DNA of 60,929 nt, the filler included. It is 8 parts of 8 records of this genome, joined end to end, with 100 filler letters (N's around TTAATTAATTAA, not from the genome) between each part and the next. Parts side by side here need not be neighbours in the genome. Positions count along the whole stretch, not along the records: positions 18,280 to 23,291 come from SRR31156797_34873; positions 23,392 to 31,342 come from SRR31156797_34887; 6 more parts are not named here. One strand, written 5' to 3'. Below the pieces are notes generated by a model. The model was given only the letters and a program-made list of their open reading frames with translations, did no database searches and was not told the DNA's origin. Within the stretch, counting starts at the first letter, position 1. Each line of letters starts with the position of its first letter. This document shows, in pieces, positions 18,530 to 27,349 of the stretch. The translations under genes and the position numbers were made by a program.

Positions 18530-19600
18530 TCAGGAGATGTAGTCGATAAACCGTTTCATGGCAGACACTTCATCCATGCCGGAAAGATCCCGCCGGATCC
18601 GGACACTCTCTTCATACTCATCCTGAGATAGAAGGAGGTCCTCTTTACGGGTGCCGGACTGGTTGATGTTGATGGCGGGCCACACCCGCTGTTCCGCACA
18701 GGGCCGGGACAGCACCAGGTCCATGTTGCCGGTGCCCTTGAACTCCTGGAAGATGACGTCGTCCATCCGGCTTCCCGTATCCACCAGGATGGTCGCCATG
18801 ATGGTAAGGGAACCGCCGTTTTCAAGGTTCCGGGCCGCACCGAAGATCTTCCTGGGAAAAGCCATGGCATTGGCGCCAAGACCGCCGGACATGGTCTTGC
18901 CGTGGCTGTTGGTCTCAATATTGAAGGCCCGGGTCATCCGGGTCAGGGAATCGATGAACACCACGGCGTCATGGCCTGTCTCGGCACAGCGGATGGCCGT
19001 ATGCATGGCCAGCCGGGTCATCCGCATGTGCTGGGCGATCTGCTGGTCCGCCGAGGAGTAGAGCACGTGGGCCTCTCTCAGGCCCCGCCGGAAATCGGTC
19101 ACCTCTTCGGGCCGCTCGTCCACCAGCAGGACAAACACCTTGGAATCGGGATGATTCATGATCATGGAGTTTGCCATGTGCCTCAGGATGGTTGTCTTTC
19201 CCGATTTGGGCGGTGCAATGACCAATCCCCGCTGGCCCTTGCCAATGGGAACGATCATGTCCAGGGCCCTGCCGGTCATGTCATCCGGCCCCTGGGCAAG
19301 GTTGTAGCGCTCCTCGGGATTGATGCTGACCTGGTCCTGAAGCAGGGGGATTTTCTGATACTCCTCGAGGGAAAGACCGTTGACGGTATGAATTCTCGTG
19401 AGTGCAAGGTTCTTGTTCTTGGCCCCCTTGCTCTCTCCCTCGCCCTTGATATAACTTCCCTCCCTGAGGTCGAACCGGTTAATTAACGGAATCGACACAT
19501 AGGGATTTTCAGGACCCGGCTGATAATTATTTTCAATGGAGCGTAAAAAACCAAAGCCCCTGTCCATTATTTCTAGATATCCCTCTACAGGTTCCAACAT
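18530..19600 (-). CDS. rho: Transcription termination factor Rho (short form)
   Basis: GFGFLR, PIGKGQRGL, APPKSGKT, LVDERPEEV, DSLTR, FGAARN and EFKGTGN motifs. Confidence 0.92.
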   Translation of the reverse strand: MLEPVEGYLEIMDRGFGFLRSIENNYQPGPENPYVSIPLINRFDLREGSYIKGEGESKGAKNKNLALTRIHTVNGLSLEEYQKIPLLQDQVSINPEERYNLAQGPDDMTGRALDMIVPIGKGQRGLVIAPPKSGKTTILRHMANSMIMNHPDSKVFVLLVDERPEEVTDFRRGLREAHVLYSSADQQIAQHMRMTRLAMHTAIRCAETGHDAVVFIDSLTRMTRAFNIETNSHGKTMSGGLGANAMAFPRKIFGAARNLENGGSLTIMATILVDTGSRMDDVIFQEFKGTGNMDLVLSRPCAEQRVWPAININQSGTRKEDLLLSQDEYEESVRIRRDLSGMDEVSAMKRFIDYIS

Positions 19601-19616
19601 CAAACTCCCGGATAAA

Positions 19617-19671
19617 TGATTGACACATCAGTGACAAATCGGTGAAAAATCAGTGACACATAATTGACAAC
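19617..19671. repeat. Five imperfect 11-bp tandem repeats upstream of rho
   Basis: TGATTGACACA / TCAGTGACAAA / TCGGTGAAAAA / TCAGTGACACA / TAATTGACAAC. Confidence 0.8.
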
Positions 19672-19794
19672 ATGTTTTAAATTCGAATTGCTGCCAATGA
19701 TGAAGAACGGCAACCAAGTATTCAGTCTACGTAAAAAACGACAAGAATACAAGAGGTAGCAGCTAGTTTTTTAACCCAACACTGCTTTTTTCCG

Positions 19795-21453
19795 TTACTT
19801 TTTTACCCCCCTGAGGGTGATTTGGGCCAATCCCCGCGCAAAGCGCCGGACCAGGGACCTATCGACCGGATGCTCGAACACGGTACCGTCCCGGGAGAAG
19901 CCCCGGATTTTGTTGTCATGGAAAAAGCCTGCCAACAACCGTTTCCCCGCCGCCCTCCGGTCATGGGAAACCATGCCCCCACCGGGATCACTGGTCCGGC
20001 AGGGCCCGGGCAGCTCACCATCATCCACAAGGGCCTTCATGAAATTGAGTAGCCTGGCAAGCCTCAGCAGGGTCGCCGCCTGGAGCCGGGTGGTGGTGTC
20101 GGACACGGGAAAGGCGGTGGAGCGCATCCGGGTGAAGGCCGGGGGAAGCAGCCCCCTGTCCCGGCACAACTGAAAATCATGGCTTCCCGGGGCCGGGTAA
20201 AACACGGAAAAACCCACCAGGGTGCGCCTGGCCCCGAGGTACAAAAGATCTTCCACCGACTGTTCCGGTTTCTGGCCCGGCGCCGCGCCAATCAGATAGG
20301 AAACCGCCTCCATGGAAAAAGCCCGGGCAAGGTCCAGGCTCCGGTCAAGGGCTTTGCGCACATCGGGCCGTTTGAACCGGGCCAGCTGCTCCCTGGAGGT
20401 GGAACCCAAAGAGAGGTTCAAGGTCCTGAACCCCGCGGCCTTCATGGCGGCAACAATCTCCTCGTCCAGGGAGGGGGCATAGAGACCGTTCATGGCTCGA
20501 AGCTCCATATCCCTTCCCCTGAACCGGGTGGTGATCTCCTTCAGCAGGGAGAGGAACCATTTTTTGTCGAGGCTCAGGTTTTCATCCTCAAAATCGATGA
20601 ACCCCACCTCCCGGCGTTCCATTTGACGTTCAAGCTCCGCCATCACCGACGCCACGCTTCGCCGTCGAAAAGGGGCATGGGCGGAAGAGGCGCCCAGGCA
20701 ACAGTAGGTGCAGTGCATGGGACAGCCCCTGGCCGCCACAATGGAGATGCTGGCCCGCTGTTTCCGCTGATAGAATCCATGGTCCACCAGGTCTGTGGCA
20801 GGCAGGGGAACGGCGTCAAGGTCCTCCATCCATGCGGGCTCCTTCATGTGAAGGGAACCGCCACGGGTTCTGTAAACAATGCCCGGCACGTCCCCCAGGG
20901 GTGTATTGTTCCTGAGGGCCAGGGCAAGCCGGGGCATGGACACCTCCCCCTCCCCCCGGAGCACGAAATCCACGGCCTTGCACCCCATCACCGCTTCCGG
21001 AAAAAGGGTGGGATGGTGGCCGCCCATGACCACCCGGCACTCCGGCCAGAACCGCTTGATGGCCCGGGCCGTCTCGAGAGCCTCGTTGCAATAGGCCGTG
21101 AACAGGGAGGAGATGCCCACCAGAAAGGGCCGCTTCTCCCTTGCCAGGGTGCCCATGTGCTCGAAGCTGTAGCCGTAATGGCGATAGTGGTGAAACAGGG
21201 CAAAGGGAGACAGGTCGTTCCTGCCGTAGAATCGGTCCAGATCTCCCAGCTCCGGGGGCGGCGGGATGATTTTCGACTTGCCCACCGCCAGGGCGTCCGC
21301 CAGGGAAACGGAAAAGCCCGCCTGCTCGAGGGATGCGGCAATGCAGGCAAGGCCGTAGGGAACGGTCCGCTTGGCCGTGAGATAGAACTCCTCCATGGGG
21401 GGCTGGACAAGAAGAATATCCGCCCCGGAGGATGCCCCGGAACGGGTGCTCAA
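19795..21453 (-). CDS. Cobalamin-binding radical SAM protein
   Basis: PYGLACIAASL and GGHHPT..GEGE B12 domain; RGCPMHCTYC CxxxCxxC motif. TTG start overlaps the upstream stop. Confidence 0.85.
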   Translation of the reverse strand: MSTRSGASSGADILLVQPPMEEFYLTAKRTVPYGLACIAASLEQAGFSVSLADALAVGKSKIIPPPPELGDLDRFYGRNDLSPFALFHHYRHYGYSFEHMGTLAREKRPFLVGISSLFTAYCNEALETARAIKRFWPECRVVMGGHHPTLFPEAVMGCKAVDFVLRGEGEVSMPRLALALRNNTPLGDVPGIVYRTRGGSLHMKEPAWMEDLDAVPLPATDLVDHGFYQRKQRASISIVAARGCPMHCTYCCLGASSAHAPFRRRSVASVMAELERQMERREVGFIDFEDENLSLDKKWFLSLLKEITTRFRGRDMELRAMNGLYAPSLDEEIVAAMKAAGFRTLNLSLGSTSREQLARFKRPDVRKALDRSLDLARAFSMEAVSYLIGAAPGQKPEQSVEDLLYLGARRTLVGFSVFYPAPGSHDFQLCRDRGLLPPAFTRMRSTAFPVSDTTTRLQAATLLRLARLLNFMKALVDDGELPGPCRTSDPGGGMVSHDRRAAGKRLLAGFFHDNKIRGFSRDGTVFEHPVDRSLVRRFARGLAQITLRGVKK

Positions 21454-22283
21454 TAGTAGCGCCGCCGAAGCCTGTCCACGGTGGCCAGGTCCGGGCGAAA
21501 GGGAAGAGCCGGCGCCGGGGGCAGGGACAATTCATTGCTCCGGGCAAAGGGCGTCTCCTGGATTTTCATGTTGTACGCCTTGACCATCAGGATCTCCAGG
21601 TTGACCACGTCCTCTATATTATAGGCCAGCAGCGTTTCCAGGGCCTTCGGGTTCCGGTTTTTCATATAATCGTTCCAGAGCAGGATGGCGAAGTAGCCGT
21701 CCACCCCGTCAAGCTCCCCACGGTCGATGCCCAGGCTTTTTTCGCACCCCTTGAGCCCGCCCTTGAACCCGAGGCTCTTCAATATGTAACGAAGATCAAG
21801 ATGCACCTGATCCAGGTGGATGCCGAACTGATGCTCGATGAACGGCACGTCAAAGCATTTTCCATTGTAGGTGACAATCACCTTGTACTGCCGGATATCC
21901 TTTGGAAAATCATCCAGGTTCCGGCCCTTGACATAGTGGCGGATATTCTCACCGTCATACAGGGCAATGGTGGTGATGGACTCATAATCCCACTCGAGTC
22001 CCGTGGTTTCGATATCAAGATAGGCCGTGGCGTGGCGGAACTCCGGGAAGAATCGCCAGTGAAGGGCCGGCGGCAGCAGCCCTTCAAAGTAGTTGTAATT
22101 TTTCTTTTCCATCTGCCGCCTGGATTCATCCACATGGCGGGTCAGGGTGCTGAGCCGCTTGGGGGAGATTTTCAATCCATTGGGATCGGTTAACCGATCC
22201 CAATGGTTCACTCCCGCGGCCCACAGCTCCTGTTCGGTCTTCATTCCGATGCCCGGAATGTGATGAAATGTGTTGTTCAGCAT
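21450..22283 (-). CDS. YprB-like RNase H-fold exonuclease
   Basis: HhH-like IPGIG, YLDIETTGL, TYNGKCFD and YNIEDV motifs. Confidence 0.85.
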   Translation of the reverse strand: MLNNTFHHIPGIGMKTEQELWAAGVNHWDRLTDPNGLKISPKRLSTLTRHVDESRRQMEKKNYNYFEGLLPPALHWRFFPEFRHATAYLDIETTGLEWDYESITTIALYDGENIRHYVKGRNLDDFPKDIRQYKVIVTYNGKCFDVPFIEHQFGIHLDQVHLDLRYILKSLGFKGGLKGCEKSLGIDRGELDGVDGYFAILLWNDYMKNRNPKALETLLAYNIEDVVNLEILMVKAYNMKIQETPFARSNELSLPPAPALPFRPDLATVDRLRRRYY

Positions 22284-22313
22284 GAACTCTCCTGATTCTG
22301 GTTTAAAAGGTCG

Positions 22314-23291
22314 CTAAAATTTGTCTATCAGCCCCAGCAGCTGGTCGATGTCCGACTCGGTATGGGCGGCATTGATCTGGAACCGTATGGTCTCATCCCC
22401 CTGGGGCACCACCGGAAAAGTGAGTCCCACGACCAGCACCCCGTTGTCAAACAAAAAATCCACCATGGCCCGGGTATTTTGGGTATCCCGCACCATCAAC
22501 GGCACCACCGGGTGGGGCCCCGGGATGGACTCCTTGCCAAGGGCGGAAAGGCCCTTCCGGAACTGGAGGGTCCGCTTTTCCAGGTTGGAGAGAAGTTCTA
22601 TACCCTCCGGGCTGTCGCAGATGGAAAGGGCGGCCGATGCGGCGGCGCAGTCGGCAACGCTAAGCGGATTGGTATATATATAGGTATCGGCCTTCTGGCG
22701 CACCGCCTCGGTGAGCGTGGCACTGCCGGCGATGAACCCGCCGTTCACCCCGAATGCCTTGCCAAAGGTGCCGACGATGATGTCGGGGGTCGTTCCGCAG
22801 AACTCGGCGGTGCCCCGGCCGGTCTTGCCAAACGCCCCGATCCCGTGGGAATCATCCACCACGGTGATCACCCCGTCCCTGAATTTTGAACGATAAGGCG
22901 CGACAACGGCCTCTATCCAGTCTATGGGCGCATTGTCCCCCCGCATGCTGAAGATGCCGTCAAACACCACCACCACCCGCTCCATGGACGGGTCCACCTC
23001 GTTCAGGCAACGCTCCAGGTCGTCCATGTCGTTGTGCTTGTAAATCCCCTTGTTGGCCCTTGGCACATTGGCGATGCGCATGGCCCGGATGATGCTGTTG
23101 TGGTTGAGCTGGTCGCCGATCCAGTGGGTCTTGGGGGTGGAGATGGTCAGGGCAAGCCCGCAGTTGGCCGTATAGGCCGAGTTGAAGATTTTTGCCGAGG
23201 GCTTGCCCACAAAACGCGCCACCCCGGTTTCAAGTTCCCGGTGGTGAACAAAGGTGCCGTTGATGAAGCGCACCGCCCCCGGACCCACGCC
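22314..23291 (-). CDS. PLP alpha-oxoamine synthase (2-amino-3-ketobutyrate CoA ligase-like), 5'-truncated
   Basis: AVRFINGT, LNHNSII, DGIFSMRGD, DDSHGIG and GTFGKAFG motifs. Confidence 0.8.
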   Translation of the reverse strand, partial: GVGPGAVRFINGTFVHHRELETGVARFVGKPSAKIFNSAYTANCGLALTISTPKTHWIGDQLNHNSIIRAMRIANVPRANKGIYKHNDMDDLERCLNEVDPSMERVVVVFDGIFSMRGDNAPIDWIEAVVAPYRSKFRDGVITVVDDSHGIGAFGKTGRGTAEFCGTTPDIIVGTFGKAFGVNGGFIAGSATLTEAVRQKADTYIYTNPLSVADCAAASAALSICDSPEGIELLSNLEKRTLQFRKGLSALGKESIPGPHPVVPLMVRDTQNTRAMVDFLFDNGVLVVGLTFPVVPQGDETIRFQINAAHTESDIDQLLGLIDKF

Positions 23292-23391
23292 NNNNNNNNN
23301 NNNNNNNNNNNNNNNNNNNNNNNNNNNNNNNNNNNTTAATTAATTAANNNNNNNNNNNNNNNNNNNNNNNNNNNNNNNNNNNNNNNNNNNN
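23292..23391. other. Artificial contig linker
   Basis: N-run with TTAATTAATTAA. Confidence 0.98.
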
Positions 23392-24368
23392 AGGGCTATC
23401 CCGGCCAGGTCGAGCATAAGGGATATAATTCCAGCTGTAAAACCGGGCAGGTTAAACCTGAATTGGGTACTGATCGCGACGACAAAGGGCAGTAGAAAGC
23501 CTGCAAACAGGGCGTAGTGGCTCCAACCGGCCGCCGGACGGGTAAAAACCTTTCGTTGACCGAAAACATGCTTCAGAAGGCCTGAGAATCGCTCTCCCAA
23601 CCGGTCCAGACGAAACTCGGGGCTGCCTTGCCGCCAGAAAACCAGCTTCCGGCCCCATCCCCAGCAAAATACAGCCAGGGCGCCGCATAGCGTGACAAGG
23701 TATAAAATGTCTCCGGATAAGCCGCCCGAAAGGCCTGTCCCATGAAAACTTCCGAGAACAGCCCGCCCGTCCATTTCGGAATCGTGGCATTTATAACAGG
23801 CTGCATCGGTAATCGGTTCTTTTTCATTGTGCGCAGCCCGTCCCTGGTGGCAGTCAAGGCAGTTGGCTCGGGAATAGTCTTTTGCCAGGTCGGCTTTACC
23901 GTGTCCTTTGAGTCGAAAGGATAAAAGCGAGGCCCGGATGCCGCCGCCGGCTTTTTCAGGGTGGCAGGCCGAGCAAGTCGCAGCCTGGTTCCGGTCGGAC
24001 AGGGTCGAGGCGTCATCGGTTCGCGGCAGGATGAGATGTTTGCCGTGGCACTGGTGACACTGTGGCGCCTGTTCGGCCATATTCCCATGGGCGTTTCCTG
24101 ATTCGTGGCATTCAAGACAATTTACCGGAGTAACGGTTTTGCTTTTTTGGTGGGCAGGGTCTTCACCCGAGGGGTGGCAGTCCAGGCAGGACAGATCGCT
24201 TCCATGGACGGAAGCTTTGAAATCCGCGCCCTTGATATGCCGAGAGCTTTGAGCGCTGCCTATTTCGTGACATTTAAGACATTCAGACCCGGCCTCGGAT
24301 CCCATGGCTGGCTGAGAAATGCTGAGAATGAGAAACAGGGCTGCAATAATGACAAGCGGACGCATCAT
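23392..24368 (-). CDS. Seven-heme cytochrome c fused to a membrane domain resembling the N-terminus of ETF:quinone oxidoreductase (EMO/FadF/DUF224-type), 3'-truncated
   Basis: Signal peptide; CLKCH, CLDCH, CLECH, CHQCH, CSACH, CLDCH, CYKCH; then a TM helix and RLDRLGER..HVFGQRKV...GWSHYALFAGF. ATGA overlap with the etfA stop. Confidence 0.8.
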
Positions 24369-25384
24369 GACGATTCCTCTACACCGGCTGATTCCGCCTG
24401 TTCTGATTTGCCGCGGCAAAGTTTCAGCAGTTCCTGAAGCACTTCCGCAGCGTCCCCAACAAGGCCCAGGTCGGCGTAAGAAAATATGAGGGCCCTTGGA
24501 TCCGTGTTAATGGCCGCAACGGTCCGGCTGTCGGTCATGCCCACAGTGAATTCGTTGGCCCCGGATATACCGCAAGCCAAGAGCAGCCTTGGCGCCACGC
24601 TGACTCCGGTCTGTCCTATCTGGCGTTCGAAAGGCAAAAGCCCGGCGTCTATGACCGGCCTGGCCGCGCCCAGGGAAGCTTCCAGGAATTCGGCCGCATC
24701 CCTGATCAGGGGCATGCCGTCGGGAATAAGCCCGCGTCCCATGGCCACTATCCTGTCGGCCTGGTCGAGAGGCAAAGTGCGAAAGTCTCCCGGAATGCGC
24801 TTCACTGTCCGCAAGCGGTCCGAGTAAGGGGATGGGACAGGGTTAATAATTAATACATCGGCGGTCTTTTCGCCTCTGGATTCCCATCGCCCCAGAACTT
24901 GAGGCTCCCAGGTCAGGATGTTGATAATTGTTGGATCAAGAATCACTTCCAGGTCGAGGCGGCCGTCATGCAACGGCTGCAGAGCAATGAAATCGCCGTT
25001 TTGGTTTCGATCCAGACCCAAACATTTTGACACCAGACCTGCTTCAAGCAAAACCGCCAGCAGGGGAGCGGATATCGCGGTGGAGATGGAAAGACAGAAG
25101 ACCCAGGCCTGACCGGCTTCAAGGACAAGGGAAGCCGCGGTGCGGGCCGCGGTATCGGGAGCGTATTCAACATCATCCAAAATGCATTGATACACCCGGG
25201 AGACGCCGTATGGACCAAGAATATCGCCGGCGTTTTCAAGTTGGCCAAAGACAAGGGCTTCAATCGAAAGTAATGGATCAAAATTTTTAGCCCAGGCAGC
25301 GGCCTGTCCGGCAAGGGCCAGGGACGACGGCTCCAATTCGCCGTTTATCGATTCCAGAATAACGAGTACACCGCTTTTATTCAT
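24365..25384 (-). CDS. etfA: Electron transfer flavoprotein alpha subunit (divergent)
   Basis: ADRIVAMGRG, GAARP, RQIGQTG, GISGA and AINTDP..IF..ADLGLVGD motifs; ATGA overlap with the upstream OYE. Confidence 0.88.
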   Translation of the reverse strand: MNKSGVLVILESINGELEPSSLALAGQAAAWAKNFDPLLSIEALVFGQLENAGDILGPYGVSRVYQCILDDVEYAPDTAARTAASLVLEAGQAWVFCLSISTAISAPLLAVLLEAGLVSKCLGLDRNQNGDFIALQPLHDGRLDLEVILDPTIINILTWEPQVLGRWESRGEKTADVLIINPVPSPYSDRLRTVKRIPGDFRTLPLDQADRIVAMGRGLIPDGMPLIRDAAEFLEASLGAARPVIDAGLLPFERQIGQTGVSVAPRLLLACGISGANEFTVGMTDSRTVAAINTDPRALIFSYADLGLVGDAAEVLQELLKLCRGKSEQAESAGVEESS

Positions 25385-27345
25385 ATTTTGCGCCCTATTC
25401 GGTTGCCTTCGGCAACAGCCATGTCAATTCTTCGCGGCGCTGCTGCATCGCCGATGATATACAGTTCATTCACTTTTCCTTTTAGCTTGAGATAAAGGCT
25501 GTCGTCGGCTTCCGCGCCGCAAGCCAATACGATCCGGTCGTATCCTTCGAGTGTGACCATTTCGCCCGAGTAGACCTGCACGGCTTGGGCGGAAAGCCCG
25601 TTGATCATGAAAACGGCTGTATCATTTATAAAAGAGACCCCTTTTTCGGCCAGTCGCTTGCGTGAAAGCGAAAAATCCTGCAAGGGGCCGAGCCCCGAGC
25701 CTACAAAAAGAGACGGCGTGACCATGGTGACTTCATTTCCTTTATCAGCCAGGAACTCGGCCGTGGAAACAGCCTGGTGGTGACCGTCGTTGTCAACCAG
25801 CAGCACGCGGGAATTTGTAATTTCATATTCGCCAAGGAGAACCTGCCATGAAGATATAACTTCGGGCGGGCCGTAATCGCCTCCAAAAGGGGCGTTTTTC
25901 GGGCGGGCGCCCGCGGCGATTACAACTGCATCCGCTTGCTCTGCCAAAATTGTTTCCGGGTCAGCGTGGGCATTCAAACGCAGGTCTATGTTATTCAGCT
26001 TATCAACCTGGCTGATCAGCCACCTGGTAACGCCTTCGATTTCCTGGCGTCCGGGTGCGCGGGCGGCGATCATATTCTGCCCGCCGACATAACCGTTTTT
26101 TTCCATAAGCACCACTTCATGCCCACGCAGGGCCAGAATCCGTGAAGCTTCCAATCCGGCCGGACCGGCGCCGACAACCACTACTTTTTTGGGCTGGTCC
26201 GCTGGTTTGACCGTTCCCTCCCCCAATTCCACTTCCCGTCCGACAGCGGGATTCTGGATGCAGCCAAGTGAGTAACCCAATCCCATGCGGCCGATACAAC
26301 CCTGGTTGCAGGCAATGCAGTAACGGATATCCCCGGCACGGCCTTCCAATGATTTTTTTGGCAGTTCCGGATCGCAGATCAAGGCCCTAACCATTCCAAT
26401 CATGTCGGCATGGCCGTCGGCAATAATGTTTTCGGCCAGATGCGGGTCGTTTATTCGGTTGGTGGCAAAGACCGGCAGACTGACCTGCTCGCGAACGGCG
26501 GCGGCCAGGGGAACCGTGTACGCCAGAGGCGTGTGCATTGAGCCTTCAACTAAAAAGAGATTGAAGAAAGTGCCGATGCTCAGGTCGAGAAAATCAATGA
26601 GGCCCGAATCTTCAAGTGACCTGGCTATGCCGGGCGTATCAGAGATGGACAGGCCGCCCATGGGGTGCATTTCATCCGCATTGAGCCTGACGCCTACCGT
26701 AAAATCAGGGCCCACGGCGTTGCGAACCGCCTTGAGTACATTCAGACAGAACCTAAGCCGACCATCAAGGTCGCCTCCGTATTCATCATCGCGAAAATTG
26801 GTTAAGGGAGAAAGAAACTGTCGTATCAGGGAGCTGTGACCGATCTGGATTTCAATGCCGTCAAAACCTCCATCACGAACATATAGGGCCGACTGTGCGA
26901 AATAATCCACGCATTCCTGGATTTCCACATGTTCCATGGCCTTGGGATACTCTCTGAACAGTGGATCGGGCACGGATGACGGTCCCCAGACCGGCCGGTC
27001 GGTATGACTGGAATCGCCCTGCAGACCATTGTGGTTGAGCTGGGCGAATATCTTTGTGTCAGTCTCATGGACGACGTTGGTCAGTTTGCGATATCCCTTG
27101 ACCACATCAGGTTTAAAGGCGAAAACCAGCTTTTCGTAAGGGTGATCGGAGGGGTGAACCGACAATTCTTCTGTAATAATGAGTCCGGCGCCGCCTTTGG
27201 CCCTTTCCCGGTAATACATTATATGCCCGTCGCTGATTCTGTTTTCCCGGCCAAGGTTGGTCATGTGGGCGGAAAAACTGATCCGGTTGGGCACGACGGT
27301 GCGGCCGATTTGCAGAGGTGAAAACAGATATTGAAAGTCGGCCAT
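25381..27345 (-). CDS. Mycofactocin-system FadH/OYE family oxidoreductase (OYE2-like)
   Basis: TIM barrel (YYRERAKGGAGLIITE, RQFLSPLTN), CIACNQGC..C [4Fe-4S] motif, VGAGPAG dinucleotide fold; located in the mft operon. Confidence 0.85.
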   Translation of the reverse strand: MADFQYLFSPLQIGRTVVPNRISFSAHMTNLGRENRISDGHIMYYRERAKGGAGLIITEELSVHPSDHPYEKLVFAFKPDVVKGYRKLTNVVHETDTKIFAQLNHNGLQGDSSHTDRPVWGPSSVPDPLFREYPKAMEHVEIQECVDYFAQSALYVRDGGFDGIEIQIGHSSLIRQFLSPLTNFRDDEYGGDLDGRLRFCLNVLKAVRNAVGPDFTVGVRLNADEMHPMGGLSISDTPGIARSLEDSGLIDFLDLSIGTFFNLFLVEGSMHTPLAYTVPLAAAVREQVSLPVFATNRINDPHLAENIIADGHADMIGMVRALICDPELPKKSLEGRAGDIRYCIACNQGCIGRMGLGYSLGCIQNPAVGREVELGEGTVKPADQPKKVVVVGAGPAGLEASRILALRGHEVVLMEKNGYVGGQNMIAARAPGRQEIEGVTRWLISQVDKLNNIDLRLNAHADPETILAEQADAVVIAAGARPKNAPFGGDYGPPEVISSWQVLLGEYEITNSRVLLVDNDGHHQAVSTAEFLADKGNEVTMVTPSLFVGSGLGPLQDFSLSRKRLAEKGVSFINDTAVFMINGLSAQAVQVYSGEMVTLEGYDRIVLACGAEADDSLYLKLKGKVNELYIIGDAAAPRRIDMAVAEGNRIGRKI

Positions 27346-27349
27346 GATA

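Noticed and set aside
19617-19671. CRISPR interpretation of the 11-bp repeats
   Set aside because: Units are too short and contiguous, with no spacers and no cas genes.
20179-21456. 425-aa plus-strand ORF
   Set aside because: GC-rich antisense shadow of the radical SAM gene.
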